Shown here in pieces: positions 9,304 through 19,178 of a DNA stretch of 64,000 bases. The notes beneath the pieces are model-generated. The model had not been told where the DNA came from. It searched no databases and worked only from the letters and a program-made list of their open reading frames with translations. The position numbers were made by a program, and so were the translations under genes. Numbering within the stretch: position 1 is the first letter of the stretch; every line of letters starts with the position of its first letter. Source of the stretch: Candidatus Latescibacterota bacterium (GTDB taxonomy: Bacteria; Latescibacterota; UBA2968; GCA-2709665); NCBI GenBank assembly GCA_965116875.1, contig OZ220733.1:1344001-1408000 (forward strand), in the 5' to 3' direction.

Positions 9304-11697
9304 CTACTCGTGTCGCAGAGCCTCTATGGGATTGGCGCTGCAGGCTCGAAAGCACTGGAATCCGACAACCAGCAACGTGGCGAAAACAGATCCCAATGCC
9401 GTAAAAAGAAAGGGGAACAGGCCCATGTTCGCTCGATAAGCGAAATCTTGCAGCCAGTCTTGCGTGACGAAATAAGCAAACGGCCATGCGATAAGATTGG
9501 CGATAAGCACCAGTTTTGTGAATTCGGCGCCCAACAGGATCGCGATTTTGCCGATGGATGCACCGAAGACCTTGCGGATGCCAATCTCCTTTCGGCGGCG
9601 TTCGCAGGTGTGGGCGGCAAGACCAAGCAAACCCACGGACGCGATGAGGAACGAGACTCCGAATCCAACGGCGAAAATTCGCTGGAACCGCAGGTATTTG
9701 CCGTAGTTGATCTCCAGCCGGTCATCGAGAAACGCATACATGAATGGACGAACCGGGATATAGCTCTTCCAGATTTCTTCGAGGCCCTGCATGGTTTCGC
9801 TTATGTTTCCGGTGGCGAGTTGCAGGTTGACCACGCGAAAGGAACGCGGGCGCAAGACAAAGGCATTGGCGTGGAGTCTCTCAGTCAGCCGGCGCATGTG
9901 AAAGTCCTCCACGACGCCGATGATCCAGCTCTCATTATCGAGCAGTTTGAACGGTTTTCCAACCGGATTTTCAAGTCCGAGTTTCTCCACCGCTGTCTCG
10001 TTCAGAATGGTCGCACGCTCAAAATCACTCCGGATGTCAGCGGAAAAATTGCGCCCCGCAACGAGACTGACGCCGATCATGGGGAACAGATCTTCGTCAA
10101 TGGCGTATTGCCGGATCTCGAAAACAGCGCCCGACGGACCCACGACCATTTCTTTTCTGCTCGTCCAGCCTTCTCCCGGAAGGCTGGCAGATGCGGTTGC
10201 CGCGAGCACGTTGGGGTGATTGAGAAAGCGCTGCTTCACCTCATTGTAGGTTTTTCTCAGCGATCCATCGACGTCAAAGATGCGGAGCGCCAGGATGTTT
10301 TCTTTTTTGAACCCCAGATCTCTGTTGAGGACATATTCGAGTTGGACAAAAGCGACGAGTGCGACAAAAACCAGAAAAGTGGAGACGGCAAACTGAAAGA
10401 TCACAAGGACCTTTCGCGGGAATGACCCGCCGGAACCCGATGCGGATTGGCTGTGCAGCGCGGTAATGGGGGAGCCCCGGCTGAGAAGAAAGGCAGGATA
10501 GATGCCGGAGAAAAGACCGACCAGAACGGTTGCAGCCAGGAGTACAGCCGCCATGTGCGGCTCCAAAAACGCGGAGAGTGTCTCCGTCTGTCCCACGATA
10601 TGTTGCCAGTACGGCGCGGTCACGCCCGTGAGGAGAAGGGACAGGGGCAGTGCGAGAATGGTGAGCAGGACAGACTCGAGGAGGAATTGGCAAGCCAACT
10701 GCCGCTGACCGGCGCCAACGACCTTTCGCATACCCACTTCCCTGGCCCGAAGGGCCGCGCGCGCGGTAGAGAGATTGACGAAGTTGATACATGCGACGAA
10801 TAGGACGAGTACACCAATGGACGCGAGAGACCGAACCGCCTTGAGGTCGCCGGCGCCAATGCCGGTGCCCGGACCACTGATGCCTTCCGGGAAGTCTTCA
10901 CGGCCATAGAGACGCGTACGTAATAGTGATTGCAGACGATGGCTGGTCGTGTTTTCCGGGTTCTCTTCGGGTATGGAAAGCGCACGCAATTTCTCTTCGG
11001 TTCGCTCCGGGTCGGCATCCCTGCGCAGACGGACAAAGGTCTGTACCCACCGAAATGAGGTGCGGAGTTCCCGGTTGGTCCAGGCATCCCGGACGCTTGC
11101 CGGCAGGGTTGCGGTTACAAAGTGGGGATTGAAATGCGTGTTGCGCGGCTGCGCTTCCAGAATTCCGGTGACAACGAAATCGCCCCACTGACCTTTGAGC
11201 ACCTTGCCCATCGGGTCTTCCCCGGCCCGGAAGAATTCGGCAACGGCTTCTTGCGAGATGACCACACCGCCGGGTTGTTTGAGAGCTTTGTGGAGATCGC
11301 CCCGCTTCAATCTGATCCCCCAGAATTCGAGATAGTTGGGATCGGTATACCAGAACGCGCGGCGTTGGGCAAACTGTCGATATTGCACCCACCTGTGGCC
11401 CGGACGGATGCGGTTGGCAGATTCAACTTCGGCAATGGATTCCATCATTTCGGGGGTGAGCGCAGCGTGAGTGTCGACCTGAAAGTCCATTTTGTAGGGG
11501 GTGGTCAGTTCCCGCAATACCCGATAGGTGCGATCGGCTCCCGGGCGAAACGTGTCGAAGCCGGTTTCGTGGGCGACGTAGAGCCACGTCAGGAGCATGC
11601 ACGTGAGACCAACGCTCAAACCGAGGAGATTGGCTGAAGTATACAGACGATGGCGAATGATGTGCCGGACGGCGACTGTGAGGACGTTGCGTAGGAT
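9304..11697 (-). CDS. MacB/FtsX-like ABC transporter permease (probable ATC start)
   Basis: ACINFVNLSTARAALRAREVGMRKVVGA, RRKEIGIRKVFGAS, ANPIEALRHE; family N-terminus (I)LRNVLTVAVRHIIRHR lies upstream of the first TTG (11619). Confidence 0.85.
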   Translation of the reverse strand: MLRNVLTVAVRHIIRHRLYTSANLLGLSVGLTCMLLTWLYVAHETGFDTFRPGADRTYRVLRELTTPYKMDFQVDTHAALTPEMMESIAEVESANRIRPGHRWVQYRQFAQRRAFWYTDPNYLEFWGIRLKRGDLHKALKQPGGVVISQEAVAEFFRAGEDPMGKVLKGQWGDFVVTGILEAQPRNTHFNPHFVTATLPASVRDAWTNRELRTSFRWVQTFVRLRRDADPERTEEKLRALSIPEENPENTTSHRLQSLLRTRLYGREDFPEGISGPGTGIGAGDLKAVRSLASIGVLVLFVACINFVNLSTARAALRAREVGMRKVVGAGQRQLACQFLLESVLLTILALPLSLLLTGVTAPYWQHIVGQTETLSAFLEPHMAAVLLAATVLVGLFSGIYPAFLLSRGSPITALHSQSASGSGGSFPRKVLVIFQFAVSTFLVFVALVAFVQLEYVLNRDLGFKKENILALRIFDVDGSLRKTYNEVKQRFLNHPNVLAATASASLPGEGWTSRKEMVVGPSGAVFEIRQYAIDEDLFPMIGVSLVAGRNFSADIRSDFERATILNETAVEKLGLENPVGKPFKLLDNESWIIGVVEDFHMRRLTERLHANAFVLRPRSFRVVNLQLATGNISETMQGLEEIWKSYIPVRPFMYAFLDDRLEINYGKYLRFQRIFAVGFGVSFLIASVGLLGLAAHTCERRRKEIGIRKVFGASIGKIAILLGAEFTKLVLIANLIAWPFAYFVTQDWLQDFAYRANMGLFPFLFTALGSVFATLLVVGFQCFRACSANPIEALRHE

Positions 11698-11700
11698 GTC

Positions 11701-14073
11701 TTATTCCTGGCTCAAGACGTCGACGGGGTTGGTACGAGCCGCGTTCCGGGAAAGATGAGCCACCGTTCCAACGGCAATGACGAGCGTGACCGCCACACTG
11801 AGAAGGAAAGGCCAGACCGTGAGATCGATCCGGTAGGCAAAGTTGCGCAGCCAGTTCTGTGTCAACAGATAGGCAAACGGACATGCAGCGGCCCCGGCCA
11901 GGAGTGCGAGCATCGGGAATTCCCGGGCAACCCGGAACAGGAGATGGCCTTCGGAAGCGCCCAGCACTTTGCAAATCGCGATCTCCCGCGTGCGTCGCTC
12001 GGCCGCGAATGCCGCGAGTCCGATTGTACCCAGGCAGGCCAGGAGGATGGCGACAATCGCGGAACGGTTGACCAGCGCCCCCTGTCGATACTCATGACCG
12101 TATTTGGATTTCACGTAGTCGTCGATATAGAAGCCGTCGAAAGGAACCGTGGGGACCAGTTGAGCCCAGATCCCCGTTATGTCCGAAAACGCTTCCTGTT
12201 CACGATCCTCCTCGATCTTCAGATGCAGGTATTTCACGTTTGACCCCGCCGCCGACAACACCACCGGGACCATCGGCTCCCTGAGGGAGCGAACGTGAAA
12301 GTCCTGTGTCATCCCCACGACCAATGCGGGTTGCTTGCCCAGCAATAGCGTACGGCCTACCGGCTCGGTCCAGCCGAGTCTTCTCGCGGCCGTCTCGTTT
12401 ATCAGTACCTCGGTCACGTCGTCGCCGATCGACCGTTCGGCGTAGGCACGCGAGAAACTCCGTCCCGCCAGTATCGGAATCCCGTAACAGTCGAGAAAAT
12501 CCTCATTCGCCCGGAATAGCCGAATTTCAATCTCCCGATCCGGTGAATCGACTGGCGATACGAAGCGGCGTTTGGGCCAACTGTGCCCCGGCAGGTCCAG
12601 GCTCGCAGCGACCGCAGTGATATCGGGATGATCCAAAAATCGTTGTTTGACCATGTTATAGCGGCTGTTCAGGGGGAGTCGTTCGGCATCGGGTCCGAAG
12701 ATCTTGACAACCAGGACCCCCTTGCGGACGAATCCCAGGTCGCTCGTCCGCACCAGGTCCATCTGAAGATAGACGACGAGCGTGGACGCAATGAGGACTG
12801 TGGATGCCGCGAACTGCAGAATCACCAGGGCCCGGCGCACCCAGAGGTCCCCCGGGAGCCCCTTGCGCAGACCTCTGAAGACGTCCGCCGGCTGCTGGGC
12901 AGACAGATAGAACCCCGGATAGATTCCGGATACGATGCCGGTGATCAAGGCAATAGCCAGAATCCAGTGCATCTGCTCGACGGGGTTGAATACAAGCGGT
13001 CTGCCCATCAGGGTTGAAAACTGGGGCAGGAGCGCCCGCGTCAATCCGATGGACAACGGCAGCGCGACAAGGGTAAACAGGAGGGACTCGCAAAGGAACT
13101 GACCGACCACGGTACGGCGACGTGCGCCGGCGACCCGGCGCATGCCGGTCTCGCGGGCGCGCAGGGCCGAGCGTGCGGTAGCCAGATTCATGAAATTGAT
13201 ACACGCGATGAACAGGATACCCAGACCCAGAACCGATAACGGATAGAGACCGCGAACGTCGCCGTACAACATCCCCGAGTCTCCCTTGAAACCCTCCAGG
13301 TCGACCCTGGAATACAGGTGGATCCGCGGCATGGGTTGGAGCCGGTACGTCGCACGGCCGGAAGCCGCGGGAAACCGGGCGGCAAGCGCCTTCTCGACCG
13401 CCGCAACGTCCGCGTCCAGTTGTAAACGAACGAAGATCGGCGCAGTTCGAATAGCCCAGTTTCCGGACGCAAATCGCGTGACGCTGTCAAACTCAAAACG
13501 CGTATTGGTGGGGAGGTCCTTCATGACGGCGATGACATTGAATGACTCGACGTGGGTCTCCCGCTGCACCTCCACGGTCCTGCCCAGGGGATCCGCGTCC
13601 CCGAACAACTTTGCCGCGAGGCTCCGCGTCAACACGATCGACGCGTCCTTGCGGGATAGCGCGTCGGCGTCTCCGTGAATGACGTCGAGCCCGAAAAACC
13701 CCAAGGCGTCGCCGTCGACGGGACAGAGCCGCTGGCGAAACAGGCGGCCTTCGGCGCGAAACCAGGAACTGATCTGGCGGTATTGGACGACGTCTTCCAC
13801 CTGGGGATAGTCGTTGCGCAGGCTCACCGCGATCTCTGCCGGCAGCGCACTCTGCCATCGGACCCGGCCGCGCGCGTCCATATCCTTTTGCATGATGCGG
13901 TAAACCCGGTCTGCGTGAGGACGAAATGCGTCGTAGCTCATCTCATAGCGTATATACAGCATAATGAGCATGGCGCAGGTCAATCCGATCACCAGACTGG
14001 CAACGCTGATCGCGGTGTGGGTCCGGTTCCGGATCGCGTTGCGAATTGCGACTTTAAGAAAGTTGTATAGAAT
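11701..14073 (-). CDS. MacB/FtsX-like ABC transporter permease (probable ATT start)
   Basis: ACINFMNLATARSALRARETGMRRVAGA, RRTREIAICKVLGAS; family N-terminus (I)LYNFLKVAIRNAIRNR lies upstream of the first GTG (13992). Confidence 0.85.
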   Translation of the reverse strand: MLYNFLKVAIRNAIRNRTHTAISVASLVIGLTCAMLIMLYIRYEMSYDAFRPHADRVYRIMQKDMDARGRVRWQSALPAEIAVSLRNDYPQVEDVVQYRQISSWFRAEGRLFRQRLCPVDGDALGFFGLDVIHGDADALSRKDASIVLTRSLAAKLFGDADPLGRTVEVQRETHVESFNVIAVMKDLPTNTRFEFDSVTRFASGNWAIRTAPIFVRLQLDADVAAVEKALAARFPAASGRATYRLQPMPRIHLYSRVDLEGFKGDSGMLYGDVRGLYPLSVLGLGILFIACINFMNLATARSALRARETGMRRVAGARRRTVVGQFLCESLLFTLVALPLSIGLTRALLPQFSTLMGRPLVFNPVEQMHWILAIALITGIVSGIYPGFYLSAQQPADVFRGLRKGLPGDLWVRRALVILQFAASTVLIASTLVVYLQMDLVRTSDLGFVRKGVLVVKIFGPDAERLPLNSRYNMVKQRFLDHPDITAVAASLDLPGHSWPKRRFVSPVDSPDREIEIRLFRANEDFLDCYGIPILAGRSFSRAYAERSIGDDVTEVLINETAARRLGWTEPVGRTLLLGKQPALVVGMTQDFHVRSLREPMVPVVLSAAGSNVKYLHLKIEEDREQEAFSDITGIWAQLVPTVPFDGFYIDDYVKSKYGHEYRQGALVNRSAIVAILLACLGTIGLAAFAAERRTREIAICKVLGASEGHLLFRVAREFPMLALLAGAAACPFAYLLTQNWLRNFAYRIDLTVWPFLLSVAVTLVIAVGTVAHLSRNAARTNPVDVLSQE

Positions 14074-14127
14074 CGCTGAACCTGTTGGTGTGCGGTCTGC
14101 GCCCGTTTTCGGACTTCCTCGGGGGTT

Positions 14128-14931
14128 TCAGGACTCCCAAACGTAGACCTTCTTGTAGTAGACCGTCTCAAATCCATTGCGTTCGAGATTGCCCAACGAG
14201 GTCTTCAGCATTGCAAGCGTTTCACTGCAGGCCGCACGGCATCCCAGTTCCGCTGCACGATTCAGGCGGGCTCTGATCAGCGCATTCTGGCCGCCCTTTC
14301 CTCTGTGCGTCTCCGCGGTCCCGGCCCATCCCAGATAGGCGAAATCTCCATGGTGGGCCAGTATCGCGGCGCTGACGGGCGTATCGCCGTCAAATGCCAT
14401 GAAATGGTCGAATCCGTCCCGATCGACGCACTGGAAGAAGAACGAACACGGCCAGGGCTCGTATATGCGGAGAATCGCATCCTTCCGGCTTTCAATCTCG
14501 CGTTCTGACACCCGCCGCACGGCCAGGCGGGTCGGGAACGGGTCCACGCTTTCAACGGGACGAACCAGCGTGGGATACGTGGTTCCCTTAAACGGTTTGA
14601 GACCGCTGTCCCCCAGCCACCCGATCACTTCCTCTTCCTGCGGATTCGGGCTCATCCAGAAGAAAAACCGTTGGACCTTCGATTTGCTGAATTCGCTCAG
14701 GATTTCCAGGAAATCGGTCCTGGAAACCCTCCTACCGCATCCGAAGAAAAAAACGGCATTCTGATTCGCCGATGGATAGGGCGATGAGGCGGAAGAGGGA
14801 TCGAGTGTGACAACGGCGGCATCAGAGGGGACCTGGATCCTCGACTCGCAAGGAACGCAATCGAGTTCCCGCACCCTGATCGCCATTAGTCGCCGTGCAA
14901 TCTCATCCGGTCTGATATAGGCGAGCGTCAC
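14128..14931 (-). CDS. GNAT-family N-acetyltransferase
   Basis: [21 protein letters not shown] acetyl-CoA motif and NLERNGF; GTG start overlaps the uvrA stop. Confidence 0.8.
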   Translation of the reverse strand: MTLAYIRPDEIARRLMAIRVRELDCVPCESRIQVPSDAAVVTLDPSSASSPYPSANQNAVFFFGCGRRVSRTDFLEILSEFSKSKVQRFFFWMSPNPQEEEVIGWLGDSGLKPFKGTTYPTLVRPVESVDPFPTRLAVRRVSEREIESRKDAILRIYEPWPCSFFFQCVDRDGFDHFMAFDGDTPVSAAILAHHGDFAYLGWAGTAETHRGKGGQNALIRARLNRAAELGCRAACSETLAMLKTSLGNLERNGFETVYYKKVYVWES

Positions 14932-17801
14932 GACTTCCCTTCGAGGTGCGGTTTCAGGAACTGTCCCGTGTACGACTGCTCAACAGCGGCCACCGCCTCG
15001 GGAGGACCCGTGGCAATCACATCGCCCCCGTTGTGCCCGCCCTCCGGGCCGAGGTCGATCACGTAGTCGGCGGTCTTGATCACGTCGAGGTGATGTTCGA
15101 TGACCACAACGGTATGTCCGGCGTCGACGAGGCCGTTGAGCGCGTCGAGCAGCTTCTGGATGTCGGCCAGGTGCAATCCCGTGGTCGGCTCGTCCAGAAT
15201 ATAGAGATTGTGCCGGCCGCGTTTGATCTTGCCGAGCTCACTGGCGAGTTTGATGCGCTGCGCCTCTCCGCCGGAGAGGATGGTGGCCGGATGGCCGATT
15301 TTAAGATAGCCCAGCCCCAGGTCGTTCAGTACGGCAAGTTTGCGGGCAATGAGGCGATTCCCCGCGAAGAACGCGACGCCCTCTTCAATGGACATGTTCA
15401 GGACGTCGGCAATGGTCTTGTCCCGGTAGGTGACCTCCAGCGTCTCGTCGTTGTAGCGTGCGCCCTTGCAGGTGGGACAGGGGATGGCCACGTCGGGCAT
15501 GAAGGCGAAGCTCGTCTTGATCTCGCCTTCGCCGGCGCATTCCTCGCAGCGGCCGCCCTTGACGTTGAAGCTGAATCGGGAGGCCGTATACCCTCGTTCC
15601 CCGGCTTCTTCGGTGGATGCGAAACATTTGCGGATATTGTCGTAGAATCCGATGTACGTGGCGGGATTGGACCTGGGAGACCGGCCGATGGCGGTCTGAT
15701 CGATGTTGATGACGTCCCCCACGTGTTCATAGCCTGAGAGCTCGTCGTGATCGCCGGAAAAGACCCGGCTGTCGTGAAACAGATTGTACAGTTTTTTGTA
15801 CAGCACTTCGTGTATAAGGGTGCTTTTGCCCGATCCGGACGCGCCGGTGATACATGTAAAGATGCCCAGCGGGATTTCAACGTCCACGTTGTTGAGGTTG
15901 TTCGCCCGCGCGCCCCTGATGCGAATCGTCCTGGCGTTCTTCCCGCGTCGTTGAGCGGGCACGGCGATTGTTCTGGCCCCGTTCAGATACTGCGCCGTTG
16001 GGGATTCCCTGCAGTCCAGGACCTCGTCGAATGGACCTGCCGCGACAACGCGACCCCCGTGTACTCCGGGACCGGGACCCATTTCAATGATGTGATCGGC
16101 CGCACGGATGGTCTCCTCGTCGTGTTCGACGACGATGACCGTGTTGCCGATGTCTCTCAGGCGTCTCATGGTGCCAATCATCTTGACGTTGTCTTTCGGG
16201 TGCAGGCCGATGCTGGGCTCGTCCAGAACATAGAGCATGCCCATCAGCCCCGAGCCGATCTGGGTGGAGAGGCGAATGCGCTGGGACTCGCCGCCGGAGA
16301 GCGTTCCGGTCGGACGGTTGAGGTTGAGATAGTCGAGGCCGATGCCGATCAACAGTTCGAGGCGGGACGAGATTTCGTGGACGATTTGCGAAACCACTTC
16401 CTTCTGTTTCGAGGGGATGGCAAGTTCCGTGAGAAAAGTGCGCAATTCCGGGAGATGCATTTCCCCGAGACTGTGAATGTTGCGGTCGTCAATCGTGACC
16501 AGAAGACGCTGTTTCTTCAACCGTTCTCCGCCGCAGTCCGGACAGGGGTTCTCAATCATGGTCTTGCGCAGATAGTCTTCCATGCCCCCGTGCGCCACAC
16601 CTTTTTGCCGGTATCGGCGGTACTGGCGTTCGATCTGATTGATGACGCCGTCGTAACGAAACTCCCGCCCGATGTACTTCGCGCCAACCTTGGCGTCCGG
16701 AGGCTGTTCGATGACGATTTTTTCGCCACCTGTTCCGTACAGAAGGAGGTCCCTTACGCCATCGGAAAGATCCTTATATGGGGTGTCCAGGTCGAAGCCG
16801 TATTTTCTGGACAGGCTGTAGAGGATACGCCCGCCCCACGTATTGACATCGTATTTCAGCGCTTCCTTCACAAACGCGCCTTCCCGCAGGCTTCGGTCCT
16901 TGTCCGGGGCGACCAGGTCGGGATGCGCTTTCAGATAGGTGCCCAGACCGGAGCACGTCACGCAGGCGCCGGCGGGATCATTGAATGTAAACATCCCGTG
17001 ATGCATACGGCCGGCGACGACGCGCGCGGACGAAGCGCCGAGCTTTCGGTGGAAAGTATCCACTGCCGACTTGCTGGTCTCGGAAAGAATGCGGAAACTC
17101 AGGAACCCTTCGCCAACGACCTCGAGGCCGTGCGTAAGGGACGTCGCGATCTGTTTGTCAAGACCCTCGCGGACGATAAAGCGATCCACGATCACTTCGA
17201 TCCGGTAGTCTTCGTCTTCATCCAGGTCGATTTCCTCGCCCAGGTCGTGAGGCGTATCGTCAATGCGCACCCGTCGGTATCCCTTGGTTCGAACGTCATC
17301 AAAGAGGTAGGCGTACTCTTCGCCGTAGATCTTGAGAACCGGCGCCAGAACTTCAACCTCCGTGCCGTCGGGCAGGGCAAGCAGATGTTCCATCATCTGA
17401 TGCGGGGTCCAGACGCTTACTTTCTCACCGGTGACCGGGCAACGGGGCTGGCCGATATTCGCATAGAGCATGCGCAGATAGTCCGACAGGTCCGTCATCG
17501 TCCCCACGGTCGAGCGGGGATTCTTCATCACGGTCTTCTGTTCGATCGAGACGACCGGAGAGAGACCGTTCACGAAGTCGACGTCCGGTTTCTTGAGTTG
17601 TGAGACGAATCGCCGGGCAAAGGTGGAAAGCGACTCCATGAATCGGCGCTGTCCTTCGGCATACACGGTATCGAAAGCGAGAGAGGATTTCCCGGAGCCG
17701 CTCACGCCCGTGACCACGACCAGCTTGTCGCGCGGGATTTCGAGATGGATGTTCCGAAGGTTGTTCTCGCGGGCGCCCTTGACCTCAATGGTCGATCTCA
17801 T
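14928..17801 (-). CDS. uvrA: Excinuclease ABC subunit A (UvrA, somewhat divergent)
   Basis: [61 protein letters not shown]. Confidence 0.93.
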   Translation of the reverse strand: MRSTIEVKGARENNLRNIHLEIPRDKLVVVTGVSGSGKSSLAFDTVYAEGQRRFMESLSTFARRFVSQLKKPDVDFVNGLSPVVSIEQKTVMKNPRSTVGTMTDLSDYLRMLYANIGQPRCPVTGEKVSVWTPHQMMEHLLALPDGTEVEVLAPVLKIYGEEYAYLFDDVRTKGYRRVRIDDTPHDLGEEIDLDEDEDYRIEVIVDRFIVREGLDKQIATSLTHGLEVVGEGFLSFRILSETSKSAVDTFHRKLGASSARVVAGRMHHGMFTFNDPAGACVTCSGLGTYLKAHPDLVAPDKDRSLREGAFVKEALKYDVNTWGGRILYSLSRKYGFDLDTPYKDLSDGVRDLLLYGTGGEKIVIEQPPDAKVGAKYIGREFRYDGVINQIERQYRRYRQKGVAHGGMEDYLRKTMIENPCPDCGGERLKKQRLLVTIDDRNIHSLGEMHLPELRTFLTELAIPSKQKEVVSQIVHEISSRLELLIGIGLDYLNLNRPTGTLSGGESQRIRLSTQIGSGLMGMLYVLDEPSIGLHPKDNVKMIGTMRRLRDIGNTVIVVEHDEETIRAADHIIEMGPGPGVHGGRVVAAGPFDEVLDCRESPTAQYLNGARTIAVPAQRRGKNARTIRIRGARANNLNNVDVEIPLGIFTCITGASGSGKSTLIHEVLYKKLYNLFHDSRVFSGDHDELSGYEHVGDVINIDQTAIGRSPRSNPATYIGFYDNIRKCFASTEEAGERGYTASRFSFNVKGGRCEECAGEGEIKTSFAFMPDVAIPCPTCKGARYNDETLEVTYRDKTIADVLNMSIEEGVAFFAGNRLIARKLAVLNDLGLGYLKIGHPATILSGGEAQRIKLASELGKIKRGRHNLYILDEPTTGLHLADIQKLLDALNGLVDAGHTVVVIEHHLDVIKTADYVIDLGPEGGHNGGDVIATGPPEAVAAVEQSYTGQFLKPHLEGKS

Positions 17802-17814
17802 CTATGGCCTCGGA

Positions 17815-17929
17815 ACGAGACTACGAAGGAACGAAACTACGAGATTACGAGACGGCGAGACGACGAAAACATCACTCGTCTATTCGTCTATTCGTCTATT
17901 CGTCTATTCGTATTCTCGCCTATTCGCCA
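17815..17929. repeat. Two opposed arrays of degenerate 8-bp tandem repeats
   Basis: About 7 x ACGAGACT-like units (17815-17870) followed by about 7 x ATTCGTCT-like units (17874-17929). Confidence 0.85.
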
Positions 17930-18843
17930 TCGTAGTAATACGCGGGTTCTTCAACTTCAACCCGGCTCTTCTCGGTCAGGTGGATCGGACTCGACAGCTT
18001 CTGAATGACTTCCTGCTGTACGAGCCATTCACAGGACGCTTCAAGGCCGCCGCCCTGCATCTTCTTGTCGAAATATTCGCTGATCTCCGAGAGTCTGCGA
18101 ATTTCAGACGATTCCTCGAGGTAGTCCAGCAGCGGGCGAAAGAGGACGGGGGTCTGCTGTTCGAGGAAATGATTGACCAGATCGAGTACGCGTTCGACGG
18201 ACTCGCGCGTCTTGGGCTGACTCACGAAATCTGTGTAGACCGCGTTGAATAATCGTGGATTGTATTTCAGCGCCTGATGAACCACTTCCCGGCCTGGCGC
18301 TTCGTTGTGCAGGATCACCTGGATCGATGCCAGGTCGCGCACAACCTGCATGAGCCACCAGAAGCTGTATCCATAGTCCTTCTTCAGGTAGAAGTACTTC
18401 TCCGCCTTGTTGAGCGAAGGGATCAGAAAACTCGCATGTCTCAACAGCTGGTATGCCCGGTCTCGCGTTCCGATCTGATCGATGGCGTCGTACCATCTCG
18501 CCACGGAATCGTCTTTCGTAAAAAGAAGGGTGCTCTTCGAAAACGTAAAGTCCAGCCAGCCGCCGCCGAGATCGCCTTCGATCCGGTGTTTGAAGACGCT
18601 GCGGGGAATGCGTTGCGCATGGATGTTGACATCGTCTTCACAGAGCGTAACATGCCCTTCTTTCACCCCCTCCTGCATGATAATCCACAGATCGATATCC
18701 GAATTCACCCAGACTTCGTCGTAGGACAGACTGCCAAACAGAATCGCAGCGAGTACCGTCCGATCCTTTTCGAGTTTTCCGACCAGAGACGACAGCGCGC
18801 CCTGGTAGCGTTTCCGGATTTTATCCGGCGTGTCAGGAGACAT
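17920..18843 (-). CDS. Nucleotidyltransferase-domain (Pol beta superfamily) protein
   Basis: LFGSLSYDEVWVNSDIDL (GS..DxD motif) followed by a helical C-terminal domain; GGAG upstream of ATG 18843. Confidence 0.75.
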   Translation of the reverse strand: MSPDTPDKIRKRYQGALSSLVGKLEKDRTVLAAILFGSLSYDEVWVNSDIDLWIIMQEGVKEGHVTLCEDDVNIHAQRIPRSVFKHRIEGDLGGGWLDFTFSKSTLLFTKDDSVARWYDAIDQIGTRDRAYQLLRHASFLIPSLNKAEKYFYLKKDYGYSFWWLMQVVRDLASIQVILHNEAPGREVVHQALKYNPRLFNAVYTDFVSQPKTRESVERVLDLVNHFLEQQTPVLFRPLLDYLEESSEIRRLSEISEYFDKKMQGGGLEASCEWLVQQEVIQKLSSPIHLTEKSRVEVEEPAYYYDGE

Positions 18844-18948
18844 CGAAAACTCCATCGTCACTATACTAATGAACGCGCGGGAGTACATGATATACGCAGG
18901 TACGAATCAGGAGTCAAGGTCAATTCCGCGAAAACGCAGGCAGCCGCG

Positions 18949-19091
18949 GAGGTCCTGTTCACGTCCAGCAACCTGGTGTATCCTGCCTGCCTGTCGAACG
19001 TAACCAGACAGGGGTATCCGCAGTTAAATCGCCTTTATTAACTTGCATATATTCCATTTAACGTCCACGAAAACTTACGAATCAAGGTTAA
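18949..19091 (+). repeat. Dispersed ~115-bp intergenic element (family C), copy 1, with a 27-bp insert
   Basis: TTCACGT..CCTGGTGTATCCTG..AATCGCCTTTATT..ACGAAAACTTACGAATCAAGGTTA shared with 41107-41221 and, reversed, 27636-27742. Confidence 0.85.
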
Positions 19092-19178
19092 CCAAATGAA
19101 AAGCGTCGGGCGGTTTTTCGTTCCAGACAACCGGTAGCTGCATCAAGCCGCTTTCCACCATCTCCGACGGAGGAACCA

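Noticed and set aside
15747-17603. 618-aa plus-strand ORF (also 49109-51193, 47510-49030, 7756-9198, 61432-62775)
   Set aside because: Antisense shadows of well-supported genes, expected at high GC; no recognisable motifs
17815-17929. CRISPR array
   Set aside because: 8-bp tandem units with no unique spacers and no cas genes
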